The notes: generated by a model from the letters alone, not told the origin. 63,025 nucleotides of DNA, filler included, from Octopus bimaculoides (GCF_001194135.2; 4 parts of 4 records of this genome joined end to end with filler, not necessarily neighbours in it); one strand, 5' to 3'. Numbered from the whole stretch's first letter, positions 12,600 through 26,096 are shown. Translations and numbers: made by a program.

Positions 12600-13250
12600 T
12601 AGCAATCCACTTGCCTCTTTAGCCTGCCACCCTACCACTATTTTTGAATCCATCTTTCTACTTCCATTCTAACCCTTATGTCCATTCCTTTCTCCCCAGA
12701 ACATAAACCAGTGCCCTGTGGAACACCACTCATTATTTGTGTTTCCTTGGAGGTGGCCCTGTTGGTCACCACTACCTGATTTCTATCTTTTAGAAAGTCA
12801 TGTAGTCATTCTCCAAGTTTTCCAAATATGCCAAGATTATGCAGCTAGTGACAAATCATACCATGGTCAATTTTGTCAAAGGATTTTGCAAAACTGAGGT
12901 ATGCCATGTCCAACATTTTGAGTTGTTGAGCAGCTGCTTTAGCACTCAGTTGTGGTGCTGGGTGCTGTAAGAGCTGTGTCAGGCAGCTTCTACCCGGTCA
13001 AAGACCATGCTGGGTGTCAGTCTGCAAGTCATTCTCTTCAAAGAAGCAATTGATTTCCTTCGGACTATTTGATCCATGACTTTTTTGATGTGTGAGGTCA
13101 GAGAGATATGCTGTTTCCAAGTGAGGTAACACATTTCCCCAAGGCCAGATGTGTTCTTCACAGAAGATTGGAAATGATGGAAAGCGCTTGTACGATGGCA
13201 GAACTCCTTTGCAACTAACATGTGGGGTTGAAACAAGGGAATATCTAACA
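12600..13250 (-). mobile_element. CR1/L2-like LINE reverse transcriptase fragment, degenerate
   Basis: Minus-strand motifs ISLTSHIKKV, DTQHG, LSFAKSFDK, SGVPQGT in the order of RT domains 1-4; stops and frameshifts. Confidence 0.8.
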
Positions 13251-13685
13251 GATTCATACATACTTCAAGAGAAGAAGAAGGAGAAGAAGAGTCAGCCTAT
13301 TCTTGATCAAATTTTCCAGAATGTTCTTCCTTTTTACTGTTTCTTCAAAATAATAAATTTCACATTGAGGGAGATTTGACTGCTATTTCTCAGAGGTCGC
13401 TTCGTTCTGAGCACTGATGTCCATAGAAGGAAGCCATAACACCAAACACTGTAGCATATAATTTTCCATATACGGATAATAAATCTTTTGAATAGATTAG
13501 CTAAATGGATTGAATTAATAATATAGAGATTAAGTTTTTATAATGGAAATTTTAGTGGATTAGGTGAGAAAATTTTAAGCTGGCTAAAGTTTAGGAAATC
13601 TTTGATAGATTAAGCGAGTTCTCAATAGAAAGTAATTATTTAAATGGATCACTGAACTTCTATAGAAGAATGTTTCATTTCACTA

Positions 13686-13687
<2 letters not shown>

Positions 13688-13717
<30 letters not shown>

Positions 13718-14212
13718 ATATGTATGTATGTATGTATGTCTGTATGGATGTTTACATGTGTGTATGTTTGCATGTGTGTATGTATGCATGTGTGTATGTG
13801 TCTGTGCGTATGTATGTATATGTGTATGTATTGTGTATGCATGTATGTGTGTATGTATATGTGTGTGTGTTTTAAAATAATATTCAAATATATCAATAAA
13901 CAGTCATAAATCATCCATACAAATACATATAAATATATACATAGTTCTGAATGTATGCATATACATATATATTTATATGTGCACCCTCTACACCCATGTC
14001 TATACGCATAGGTACACACACACGCATGCACACACATATATCTACATGATAGATTGAAAGACAAATAGCAATATACTTTCTTTAATATGATATTAACTAA
14101 ACAACATGTGCATATGCATGCATGCATGTGCATATATACATGCATATATATAAACACATATATACATACAAATAAGTATCTATATATAGATATATACTGT
14201 AGGTATGTGTGT

Positions 14213-14265
<53 letters not shown>
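13688..14265. repeat. TA/TG/TATG microsatellite-rich tract
   Basis: Directly visible. Confidence 0.9.
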
Positions 14266-14267
<2 letters not shown>

Positions 14268-14811
14268 CCTGCATGTATGAAGGTTGTGCTGTGCTGCTAT
14301 GGAGAGTAATAAACTAAAAAAATACTCAGGCAGTTGTTTAGCTGATAGCATATTAAAGTAAGCACTTTGCTCTAATGTGAAACACTATATGAAGATAAGT
14401 TTATTCAATTGCTATGATTTGTCTATAGAATTAGCATCGTCATTTTCATCATCACCATCATCATTGTCTTAGCTGTCACCATCATCATCATCATCATCAT
14501 AGCCATTACCAACAAGTGCATCAACATCCATGTTTTAAGTCCACATGTAGAAATAAACTGAATATTTTATATGGAAGAAAGGATAAGCAATTTATTTTGC
14601 AACCATGTGGTTTTCAGTTCAGTCTTTCAGTTTCATTGCATAACTCCGTGAGCAAGTGTGTCTACTATAAACCCCTGACAATACCAAATGTTGTGAGTGA
14701 ATCTGGTAGAAGGAAGATAAAAGATATTTAATGTGATTGTGTGTGGTGTAGTGTGTACAAGTGTGTATATCAACACACACACACATGTATGCATATTTAT
14801 ATATGTATAAA

Positions 14812-14851
<40 letters not shown>

Positions 14852-14889
14852 AGTGCATGTGTTTTTTATAGGGGGGAACTTGTGTGTGT

Positions 14890-15200
14890 GCATATGGGGA
14901 ACTTATGAATGGAAAGAGACCCTAGCAAAAACCAAGACTGTGATTTAAGGACTGTGCCAAGTCCTCATTAAAGGCCTGTGATATGCAGGAGACTGACTGG
15001 GAGAGCAATGCCTGTTATCGCCACAGATGGAGAAAGCAGGTTAAGGAGGGGGTCGACACTTTTGAGAGAGAGCATGAAGAATTTAAGTGTGCTGCTCAAA
15101 AGCACACGGCTAGTGTAGTTAATGGGGAAAGCTTGGTCTGCAATGTTTGCAGTCATGTATGCTCATCAAGAGCAGGGCTCATTAGCCACCAACGGAGCCG

Positions 15201-15205
<5 letters not shown>
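14890..15205 (+). mobile_element. RTE (BovB-like) LINE 3' ORF fragment
   Basis: FKDCAKSSLKACDMQETDWESNACYRHRWRKQVKEG...[20 protein letters not shown]: a typical RTE C-terminus with zinc finger. Confidence 0.8.
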
Positions 15206-15257
<52 letters not shown>

Positions 15258-15303
15258 GTGTGTGTATATATACATGTGTATGTGTGTGTATGTAGTATGT
15301 GTA

Positions 15304-15348
<45 letters not shown>

Positions 15349-15374
15349 AAATATATGTGTGTGTGCGTGTGTTA

Positions 15375-15495
15375 CTTTAATACAGTATAAACTAGAAAGT
15401 AGCCACCAAACACTGCACATAGCCAAGGTGCACAGAGCTGTGCTCAACAGTGCAGTGAAAACAAGCAATAAAAATATAACTACTGAAAAATAGCA
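15375..15495 (+). mobile_element. Degenerate R4/Dong 3' UTR fragment
   Basis: aatacagta...gcacatagccaaggtgcacagagctgtgctc...aactactga aligns with the reverse complement of 49478-49600. Confidence 0.7.
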
Positions 15496-16284
15496 TTAAT
15501 ATTGTTGTGTTATCTATTATCATTAGGTGGGATGAATCTAAAAATATACTGCCAGGGTTATTTTACATCCTTTCACTAATGGTATTAAAAAAAAAAAATT
15601 GAATTGTGTACGGGAAGCATCCAAGCTTTACTAATGTTTAAAATATATACGAACTAAAAAGAATATTTGATAATGAACACGAGAAGAAAAGAGGAAAACA
15701 ACAACAACAACAACAATAGCGATGATAATAATAATAATAATAATAATAGTAATAATAATAATAATAATAATGATAAAGAAAAGAATAAAAGAAAAGAATA
15801 AAAACAGCTAAAGTATGTAGTGATTTGTTAATTGTGTTTGAAGAACATTAAATATATCTTAATTGATGATTCATTCAGATGTTTAAGAAAATAACCAGTT
15901 ATTGACATTATTGAAATATTTTCAAAAACTGATCGACATTAATAATATCTGAGATGCTGAATATACATACTCGTATGTGCATAAATGTATGTGTGTGTAC
16001 ATACATGTGTGTGTGTTCATATATGTCTATATATANNNNNNNNNNNNNNNNNNNNNNNNNNNNNNNNNNNNNNNNNNNNNNNNNNNNNNNNNNNNNNNNN
16101 NNNNNNNNNNNNNNNNNNNNNNNNNNNNNNNNNNNNNNNNNNNNNNNNNNNNNNNNNNNNNNNNNNNNNNNNNNNNNNNNNNNNNNNNNNNNNNNNNNNN
16201 NNNNNNNNNNNNNNNNNNNNNNNNNNNNNNNNNNNNNNNNNNNNATATATAAATATGTAGGTATATGTAGGTATCTGTTATCTT

Positions 16285-16500
16285 TCATCTTTTACTTGTC
16301 TCAGTCACTAGACTGCGAGTATGCTGGGGCAACACCTTGGAGAATTTTTAGTTGAATGAGTTGACCCTAGGGCTATTTTGTTTTTAAGCCTGGTACTTAT
16401 TCTCTCAGTCTCTTTTGCTGAACCACTCAGTTATAGGGATGTAAACACACTAGTTGTCAAGCAGTGATGGGAGACAAAGACACCCACACCCACACGCATA
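16285..16500 (-). mobile_element. SINE family B, partial
   Basis: Matches the first half of 16894-17264. Confidence 0.7.
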
Positions 16501-16893
16501 CATAAAGATATATAAAGGAGAATTCTTACAATAAATTACATGCATATATATATGTACATACACACACAATGACATCCACTTAAATATGTGTATATATATA
16601 TATATATATATAGATATATATACCTATGTGTGTGTGTGTATGTGTGTGTATCATGTACGCAGAAGCACATGCACACATAAATACCATAAATACAACTGAA
16701 GAATATTACAGAATTATTCAGAGAGTTACTGTTTTTGCATTAAGGTACCTTTTGAATAGAAAACTTTCAGTCCTTGCCTAACTTATAGAACCTATTATGA
16801 ATACTCTATTATATGTATTGAGTTCTCTTTCTTCTGTTTGGAAGACTAAAAGTATTTACACATACACACACATATCCACATATTCCTTTAGAC

Positions 16894-17264
16894 TTTTATT
16901 TGTTTCAGTCATTTGACTGCAGCCATGCTGGAGCACTGCCTTTAGTCGAACAAGTTGGCCCCAGGACTTATTCTTTGTAAGCCTAGTACTTATCCTACCA
17001 ATCTCTTTTGCTGAACCACTAAGTTACGGGGATGTAAACACATCAACATCAGTTGTCAAGCAATGGTGGTTGGGACAAACACAGCCACACAAACACACAT
17101 ATATGATGGGCTTCTTTTAGTTTCTATCTACCAAATCCACTCAGAAGGCTTTGGTCGGCCTGAGGCTGTAGTAGAAGACACTTGCCCAAGGTGCCACACA
17201 GTGGGACTGAACCCGGAACCATGTGGTTGGGAAGCAAGCTACTTATCACACAGCCACGCCTGCA
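16894..17264 (-). mobile_element. SINE family B, near full length (CpG-decayed)
   Basis: tRNA-like head on the minus strand at 17200-17264; collinear with 35600-35985 and 18310-18660. Confidence 0.85.
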
Positions 17265-18309
17265 CCTATACATACATATATGTGTGTGTGTATTCATGTC
17301 TAGCTATCTTTCAGTATTTCTCTGTGTATACATACGTACATACATACACACACACACACATGTTTAGATACATACATACATTACATACATTTATGTATAT
17401 GTGTGTGTATCAGAGCGTGTTACAGTTATAATTACATCCATACATACAGAGCATTTTTAAGAGCACCCATTCACGCACACACACACACACACACACATTA
17501 GAAAATATTTAAGATTTCCACGTTCTGACTTTGACCCCCATATTCAAAACATCATCAAGGTTAATAGTTACAAGTCAAAGTTGTTGTTGTTGTCGGTGTT
17601 GTTGTTTTCATTCTACTGGCAATTCATCAATAAGCAATAACCTATCAATAGCCTTAAACAAGTAAACAGGAAAACTAATTGTATCGCAAGTCCTAATTGA
17701 CTCATTATCATACAAGAGACCTGATCTGGAAAAATATTTAGTACGTCGATAATATTTGCTAGGAAATAGAAACGGTACAATTTGCATCTAGGTTTCGCAG
17801 ACTGGAAGACAGAAATTTGAATAATGGGAGAAACAATAAACAATAAAACAAAAGAAAAAAAAATCTGTAAAATTGATTGAAACCAGTGAAAGTAAAAATA
17901 TAATAATAATAATAATGATGAGGATGATGATGATGATGAATTTGATAATGTAAAGTATTGGTTTATCAAAGATACTTTGAGATAATAAAGAATAATAATT
18001 ATAAAAACGTTCATTATCATTTCTAATCTTATAAGTGCCAGTTATGAGATGGTGAAGGACACAAATCCAGGCATGACCTCTCCTATTGCAGATGGGTGTT
18101 TTTTTTATGCAGGAATAGCAGTGAAATCTAACTTGGATTTTTTATCCTAATATGAAAATCAGTTGATATGACCCCCACTATCAAGAAGGGGACAAAATGG
18201 GAGGGTCTTTGGTGGAACCCCTTTGTTCATGGATTAGCTTAATTCAGAAATACCCTGAAGTTAAACAACAACATTCATCTTCTGTGGGAAGATGCTACAT
18301 TTCCACAGA

Positions 18310-18660
18310 AGTAATCTTTTATCATTAGACTGTGGCCATGCTGGGGCACCAGTTTCAAGAATTATAGTTAAAGGAACTGACCTCAGTATCTATTTTTTAA
18401 ACCTGGTTATTATTCTATTAGTCTTTTTTGCTGAACCACTAATTTATAGGGATGTAACCACACCAACACCAGTTGTCAAGTGGTTGAGAGGTGTGACAAA
18501 CTCAGACACACACACGATAGTCTTCTCTCAGTTTCCATCAACCAAATCCACTCAGAAGGCTTTGGTTGGCTTGAGGCTATAGTAGAAGATATTTGCCCAA
18601 GGTGCCACACAGTGGGACTGAACCTGGAGCCAGGTGGTTTGCAAGCGAACTTCTTACTAT
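18310..18660 (-). mobile_element. SINE family B, degenerate
   Basis: Collinear with 16894-17264. Confidence 0.8.
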
Positions 18661-18855
18661 AATGTAGGGGATGCAGAAATTACTTCTACTTCCAATAACA
18701 ATTAACCCCCTGCAATATTCAGGTGGGACCCACAATGGGATTCTGCCACAGAATCTGAGTCAGTGCTGCTGCTATTACTACTGTCACAGAGGCAGTCCAT
18801 TTGACTAATTAAAATACTCGTGAGCATATTCCATCTCCAACCTTATGGATTGTAC

Positions 18856-18893
<38 letters not shown>

Positions 18894-20039
18894 CCTTGCT
18901 TACTATAATGTCCTCTGCTCCACATGTCTGGCTCATCATGTGCCACCTTTAATCTCCATTCAGTTGTTTCCCCCTCCTCCAATCACCTCCCCACCTCTAC
19001 CTTTCTTCTTTAAAATTTCTGCCATTCTTGACTTGCAACAGTTTTTATTTATTTATCTGTTTTGCTATCTTTTAGTTAGGTGTGTGTGTGTGTGTGNNNN
19101 NNNNNNNNNNNNNNNNNNNNGGGGGGGGGGGAGGCACTGCCTGTAACCATTCCCAAGATCTTCGAAACTCATGAAAGGGAAAGAAGAACCAGATTCAAAT
19201 GAAATTTGCTGAAGACACTCAAGGTACCAAAAGTGTTGTGTTAAACCAGGTAATGTCTGTCATCTCGGTTGGCCATGGAAGGATTTGAACCTCAAAAAAT
19301 AAAGAACTGGAACACAAATACTAAAAGATATCTGGTCTGATGTTCTTACTATTTCACCAATTCCCCTGCCTTCCACTTCCTCTCAATCAATTTTTATCAA
19401 CCTTCAAAGATGAAAAGAAGAGTTGAGTCAAATGGAATTTGAACCTAGATACTTTTAACAGAGTTCATCCTGGCAAACAACCAGACCAGGTTTTTGAATG
19501 AAGGATGCCTTCTTTCATTCTTTCTACCCTTCCACCAACCTCAGAGGCCCCTGTAAAAGGTTCTTCACACTGCCTTCTCCCACTCCTCATAAAAAGGGAA
19601 GATTATAAATTAGATACATATAATACAGATGCGAATAAATAATCAGACTTAAAAAGCAACCCCACTCAGTTTAATTTCTCTGGGATGTCATCTGCATGAT
19701 AAACAATAGTTAAGTTGGTATTTGCATAATTAACATGAAAACGAAACTAATTAGAAATAATTATGTGATGCAGTAATTACAACATTACTGGAATCTTTGT
19801 GGCAAGTACAACAGACAACTCTCGACAGGGTCCAGACTAATTAAATCTCCTCAGGAAAACAGATTTATTTCATTGCAGTCGAGTAAATAATGAAGAGAGA
19901 AGAATCTTTATGAAGAGGTTTAATAGGTGGACAAAACATTAAGAATTAATTCATTGATGTTAATTGAAGATTTTTTGATAAATATGCTGAGTCATTTTTA
20001 CTGTAATTAAGCAATTAATTATTGCTTATGAAGTTGTAG

Positions 20040-20157
20040 GCCTTGTGGCGAGTGATCTTGGTTTCTGATCATAATGTCAAAGATTCAATTCCTGAACTAA
20101 GTGGTACATTGTGTCCTTGAGCAAGGCACTTCATGTCGTGTTGCTCCAGTATCAGCT

Positions 20158-20203
<46 letters not shown>

Positions 20204-20420
20204 CAGGCTGATGCTCTTGTTGCTCCCTCTAACAGTCACATACTGGTCGTGCTGATGGATCAGAGTGTGGAAGGGGGCAAAGTGGTCATCTATACTTGCT
20301 TGTGGTTACACAGGCACCTAAAACAATTGCTGAAAGCATGGTACGTATTACCAAGCCAGACTCATTCATGAATGATGCTTGTCTTCTGATTATTACTCAG
20401 CTGAATAACAACTGAGTTTG
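20040..20420 (+). mobile_element. tRNA-derived SINE family D (gtccttgagcaagg central domain), degenerate
   Basis: Shares head and central motif with 26097-26400. The 3' boundary is uncertain. Confidence 0.5.
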
Positions 20421-20589
20421 TGTGACATACAAGACTAATATGTATGGGTTGGCTGTATCAAAATAATTTAGTTCATTAGCAATTATGATGTGGGTCAGTG
20501 TTTTACAGTTGAAGGGGACTTTGAAACAGAATTAAGATAATCTTCATCTTTGGCTAGAATAGTAGAAAACAAAATTTTATGTAGCATTT

Positions 20590-21400
20590 GGTCACAGTCG
20601 TTTAAGTTTTGAGTTCTTATCCTGCTGAATTTAGTTTTGTTTTACTTCCTTCTGGGGTCGATAAAATGAAATACCAAACAACTACTGAGGTTGATAGAAC
20701 TGCGTTTTCCCTCCTTTTAAATTTCCTGGCTTTCTGTCAATGCTGGAAATTATTATTACAACAATTATTACTATTAAATGACAATGGGTTATTAGGATTA
20801 ATAAAGTGCTTTGCAGTGTTTTGTCACAAGTTTTTGTATCCTGAGTTCAAATCTTAAGTTTCACTTTATCTTCCATTATTCTGGGATTGATAAACTAAAA
20901 TAGCAGCGAAGAAGTTGGGATTGATTTCATTGATTACCACCAACACTCCTACTCCAACACATTGCTAGTCTTGTGTCTAAATTAAAAAGCATTAATTAGT
21001 ATGGTGGATTTGCAGAATCACTAGAACACTGGACAAAACCCCCCACACTGCTTGTTTTCAGTTGTGCTTATTCTGGGTTCAAATCCTGCTTGTAGTCAAC
21101 TTGGTCATCAGGGTTGAAAAAATAAGTCTTGTACTAAAGTCAACACTATTGATTAAGTTACTTCCCATAAAACATCAAACATTGTGCCTCTGTTAGAAAT
21201 CGTTGGGATGCCTGGCCAAATGCTTTGCAGTATTTTGTCTATCTTTATGTTCTGAGTTCAAATTCCACTGAGGTTGACTTTGCCTTTCATCTCTCCATGA
21301 TCAATAAAATGCATACCAGTTGAACACTGAGGTTAATGCAACTGACTATACCACTCCCAACAAAATATATTGCTGGCCTTGTGCTAAAATTTGAAATCCT
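20590..21400 (+). mobile_element. Cluster of about four degenerate SINE family A fragments
   Basis: Repeated ttctgagttcaaat...gttgactttgcctttcatc...aaaat..accag motifs. Confidence 0.65.
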
Positions 21401-21567
21401 TATTATTATTGATTATTATTATTATTATTGATTGCATTCTCAAACTACTGAAGTGTACAACTTTGAATCATCAAATAATGTCTTCTATAAAACAGTATCT
21501 TTTAATTCCCTTCAGACTTTCCTTTTTAATTAGAATTAAACTTTCTTGTGTAAAAAAAAAAAAAAAA

Positions 21568-21667
21568 NNNNNNNNNNNNNNNNNNNNNNNNNNNNNNNNN
21601 NNNNNNNNNNNTTAATTAATTAANNNNNNNNNNNNNNNNNNNNNNNNNNNNNNNNNNNNNNNNNNNN
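21568..21667. other. Assembly join: N44-TTAATTAATTAA-N44
   Basis: Exactly 100 bp; identical to 49617-49716 and 60850-60949. The 12-mer gives stops in all six frames. Confidence 0.95.
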
Positions 21668-22330
21668 TTCTATGTTGAATCGCTAAACTGCAGGACATAT
21701 ACGGACACGACATAAACACACACATTCACATACAACAAGTGCACAGACACAAATAAATAAACACACACACACTCAGACACACATAAACACAAATTTGCTA
21801 GAGTGTCAGACGAAAATAAGAAGAAAGAAAGGAAAGTATCATTGCAGTATTTGTTCTGGTTGAACACATTCTGCCAAAGTCAACTACTACTTTCATCTCT
21901 TCGGGCTGGCGAAGATAGTACCAGAGAAATACTGGAGTCGATATAATTAACTAAACTAACTCCTCCCACTAAATTAATGGCCCTATGCCTACACAAGAAG
22001 TCATTATTATTAGCGTTTTATTTTACCAGTTTTTATATATCATTTGAGATTGACTATCTTTTTGATCCTGTGGTTTATGTCTCTTTAATTTCATTAGTCA
22101 TTTATAAGTTTATTTGTAAAACCTCTCCGATGTCAATAACATTTCTTTTGGTCTCTAACTCCTCCCACCTTCACAAACTTCTAATTTATATTCTTCTTCA
22201 ACCATACTGATTGATGAGCCGTTGCCGGCAAAACTTAATCAAAGTTAGTCACTCTGTATTTCTGTATGATACCAGTTTTATAGATATAAGCGCGTATGCA
22301 CGTGGGTTTGCGTGCACGTGTGTTTGTGTA

Positions 22331-22369
<39 letters not shown>

Positions 22370-22374
22370 TCTCT

Positions 22375-22579
22375 TTTACGCTTTTACTTGTTTCAGTCAT
22401 TAGATTTCGGCCATGCTGGAGTCCCGCTTATAGTCGAATAAATCGTCCCCAGGACTTATTCTTTGCAAGCCTAGTACTTATTCTATCAGCCGCTTTTGTC
22501 GAACCGCTAATTTACGGCTCGTAAACACACCAACATCGGTTGTCACGCGATGGTGGGGGAATAAACACAGACACAAATG

Positions 22580-22580
<1 letters not shown>
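22375..22580 (-). mobile_element. SINE family B, partial, CpG-rich
   Basis: Collinear with 16894-17090 and 35600-35790. Confidence 0.8.
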
Positions 22581-22674
<94 letters not shown>

Positions 22675-22675
22675 G

Positions 22676-22957
22676 ACAAGTTCATGCCTTCCTGGGTATT
22701 TTTATACGTACATATAGATAATATAGATACATTTGTGCATATGTGTGTGTTTAACTGACCAGTGTGTATGTGTGTATGTGTAAATGTATATATATGTACA
22801 TATATGTGCATATATATGCACACATACACACACACACATATATATACATACATACCCCCCATACACACATACTAGTCAGTTAAGCACTCACATATGCATA
22901 AATGTATCTATATTATCTATATGCATACATAAAATACCCGGGAAGGCATGAACTTGT
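22676..22957. repeat. ~280-bp foldback (long inverted repeat)
   Basis: Arms 22676-~22772 and 22861-22957 are about 85-90% complementary by eye; the outer 27 bp have one mismatch; perfect central palindrome at 22805-22822. Confidence 0.9.
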
Positions 22958-23084
22958 TAGCTGGTTGCTCGAGCGAAAATAAAAGTAATTTTAATTTAAA
23001 AAAAAATTTTCTTAGTGTGTGATAAAGTGGAGGAAGTCTTGGGAGACTATAGCAGTGTTAATTAGGTATGCAGTCGATAATAAG

Positions 23085-23230
23085 CCGATGGTAGTGCCAA
23101 GAGTTTGGGTGTCCTTTATATAGCGTGTAGTGTACAGGTACGACAGGGGCGGCGGTTGTGTGACGAATGTGTCATTAAAATGCATGTAAAAGATGTAAAA
23201 ACTTTTTTTTTAAATCTTATGACGAATAAA
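23085..23230 (-). promoter_or_regulatory. Candidate Pol II core promoter (TATA, GC box, two CRE half-sites)
   Basis: Minus-strand CTATATAAAGG (TATA 23122-23115), GGGGCGG at about 23147, TGACG at 23161 and 23220, Inr-like CA about 27-33 nt downstream, in non-repetitive CpG-containing DNA. Confidence 0.35.
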
Positions 23231-23817
23231 CGAAACACTCCCTTTACAGGAAATAAAACTGTACCTGAAATAAATATAGCAAGAATTTGGAATAAAACAG
23301 CGGGTAATGTCGTATAAGCGAGAGATTTTTTTTATTCTTTAATTTACTGTTTTACTAGTGGTTTCTTAATAAAATTTTATGAATTCTTCCCAGTACAGAC
23401 GCTATAATTGATGTATCGAAGCAGTAGTTTTAATTAAGAGAAATATGAAACATGCCAAACGAATGTATTGATTATGAAGATTTTCTAAACACATTTGCAG
23501 GGAAACGAAATTCTACTGAACTGTAATGATTTCAAACTTGCTATTCCTATAAGCAGCGAATACAGAGGATGTGTAAATAGGATAGAAATAGCTGAAATTT
23601 TTGTAGTTCAACTTCTTTTATCACCGTTGGGATTTAGTGTACGCAGGATTAAGTGACTGAAAAGTTTCATCTTCAAATGGTTTAATTCACGTAGATCTAA
23701 ATGCGTATAGGGACTTAAAAGCAACTAAATAGTGTAAACAATAGTACTACAGTAAAATCCGTTTAATTAGTGTGAAAAGTTGACTTGAATATATCCACCT
23801 CCTCCTCATCGGCTTCT

Positions 23818-23901
<84 letters not shown>
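23818..23901. repeat. (ACT)n microsatellite
   Basis: Directly visible. Confidence 0.95.
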
Positions 23902-23905
<4 letters not shown>

Positions 23906-24295
23906 TCCTTTCAACACAGGAGCCGCTATAGAGTCGCTCTCCTTATAAGAAATTACAATCAAATCTCCCTCAAGACAACATGATAATATATTCTAGTATG
24001 CACTATGGTTAAAAAAATTTCACATGTTCAATAAAAACAGGATTATTGTTGACCAACAACAATAATAAAGACAACTACTATTCAATGAGTGATAAAATGA
24101 CTAATTTTTATAAAACTTTGAAGATAACATTGTTTACAGAGAGCTGATGGACATGCAATCGTTCAGTTTCGAGCTTTAAGACTGACAACTATCCACCTAC
24201 CAATGTGTACCCTGTATATATTTTTGTTTGTCGTTGGACAAAATATTTATGGAAACATAGGCAGTCGGTTACTTAAATGGATGTATCGAATGATA

Positions 24296-25574
24296 TAAGG
24301 CTGACTAAAAACTAAGCAATGTTTTGAAACATGAAATTCATCACAATATAGTTCAACAATGTGGAAATTTTATTCATCAAACTAAGTACCATTAAAATCA
24401 ATACATTTTTGCCAACGAGTTACAAGTTCGTTTATTCCAGTAACATAAACATCTGGAATTCTGGAGCTGATGAACTCTTTGAATGCACTTTCATCATTGG
24501 TTTGATTTTTGAACTCCTTCTCTCGCAGGAAACCAGCAAGGTGCTTGAAAAAGTGGTAGTCGGTGGGAGAAAGGTTTGGGGAATAAGCTGGGTGGGGAAG
24601 AACTTCATAGCCAAGTTCTCTCAACTTGTGGAGTGTCATTACTGAAATATGTGGTCGAGTATTGTCATGAAAAATGATTGGCTCTCTTTTGTCGACCAGT
24701 CTGGGACGGAGGAGTAGCAGTCTTTCGTTCATTTTGGCAATTTCATAGCAATATGTTTCTGCAATAATGGGTTTTCCGGGTTTTAAGAAATTATAGTGGA
24801 TGAGTCCAGTAGTACACCACCAAACATTCACCATAACCTTCTTTTTGAAGAGCTCAGGTTTAGGGAAGGTTTCCTCCAGTGCTTCATTTTGGTCCAAACA
24901 CTGCGAAGAACATTTTTTATTATTGTACAGAATTCACTTTTCATCGCAAGTTACAATACGGTCGAGAAATAGATCGGTCCGGTTACGGAGAAGGAACGAC
25001 GAGCAAATTTCATATCTGCGCATTTTCTGATTTTCATTCAAATCGTGTGGTACCCATTTGTTGAATGTTTTTTGATTTTCTGATCGCATGCAAAATGGTT
25101 GTAGGCAGTTTTCTGGCTCACTTAAATTTCTTTTGCCAGCTCTGGAGTGGTTTTATGTGGATCTTTCTCAATGACGGTCTTTAATTGACCGTCATCGATG
25201 ACAGGTGGGCGTCCACTACGCTCACAATCTTCAAGGCTCAGGTATTCACTGCAAAATCGTTTAAACCATTTTCGAGCTGACTACTCGCTGGTCATTTCCT
25301 CACCAGACGTTTCGTTGATATCGCGAGCAGTTTCAGCTGCTTTACGTCCTTTTTTGAAGTTGAATAGCAAAATTGCTCGAATATCTCTCATTAATAGTTC
25401 CATTTCAGATGATTGTAACAGCGGTGAAAAAGTATCAATGTTAATTTATTGCTGCATTTTTGCAAGTATATGTCTGTATTGTCCGACAAATGTAAAAAAA
25501 ATAATTAAACTCTGCAAAAATCTGGTACAAATTCTTTGTGATTCAAAACGTTGCTTACTTTTTACTCCACCTGA
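24296..25574 (-). mobile_element. Full-length mariner (D,D34D), transposase pseudogene
   Basis: 1279 bp, TA on both sides (24294-24295, 25575-25576), 33-bp TIRs with 6 mismatches. ATG at 25403; WVP linker; FHD-x34-D in ...YSPNLSPTDYHFF; ORF broken upstream of 24897. Confidence 0.95.
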
Positions 25575-26096
25575 TATTTCTTGTACTTATTTTATGTAAT
25601 TATGTGAATTAATGAAGCAGGATATAGAATAGCGAAACACTACAAATACCGTCCGGTCTATTGTTCAAAGTTCTGTCATTTCGGCAAATTTGTTCACTTA
25701 GTAAATTAGAAATGTGTCTCATTTACTTCGGTGGAAGTGCTTAAACAAAATTTTAAAATGGGTTGACTTTGTTTCGATTTCGCTTTTTAGGTAAAAAGTA
25801 GAGAAATTTTCTGTATATTATAGAGTTGCATGAGACAAATTGTTGGTTCCTTGTCTCTAAACATACAGAGTTTATATTCTGTTGTAGTTGTGTTGCTATT
25901 GTTGTTGCTATTTTTAAAATGATGGTAGTGACGGTGGTCTTAGCTTACATTTGGTTCGCCCGTAGTCGATCACGCTAGGTTTGATATTAGGACCGATCTG
26001 TCATCAGAAAAAACTCCGGCAGTGTTAATCCTCCTTTTTCCTTTTCCTTTTCTTTCTTTAATGCATATCCAGAACTACCTTAACTGATGTGCTGTG

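Noticed and set aside
19620-20030. TAATTA-rich unique segment suggesting a homeodomain enhancer
   Set aside because: TAAT motifs are expected at this AT content; needs cross-species conservation.
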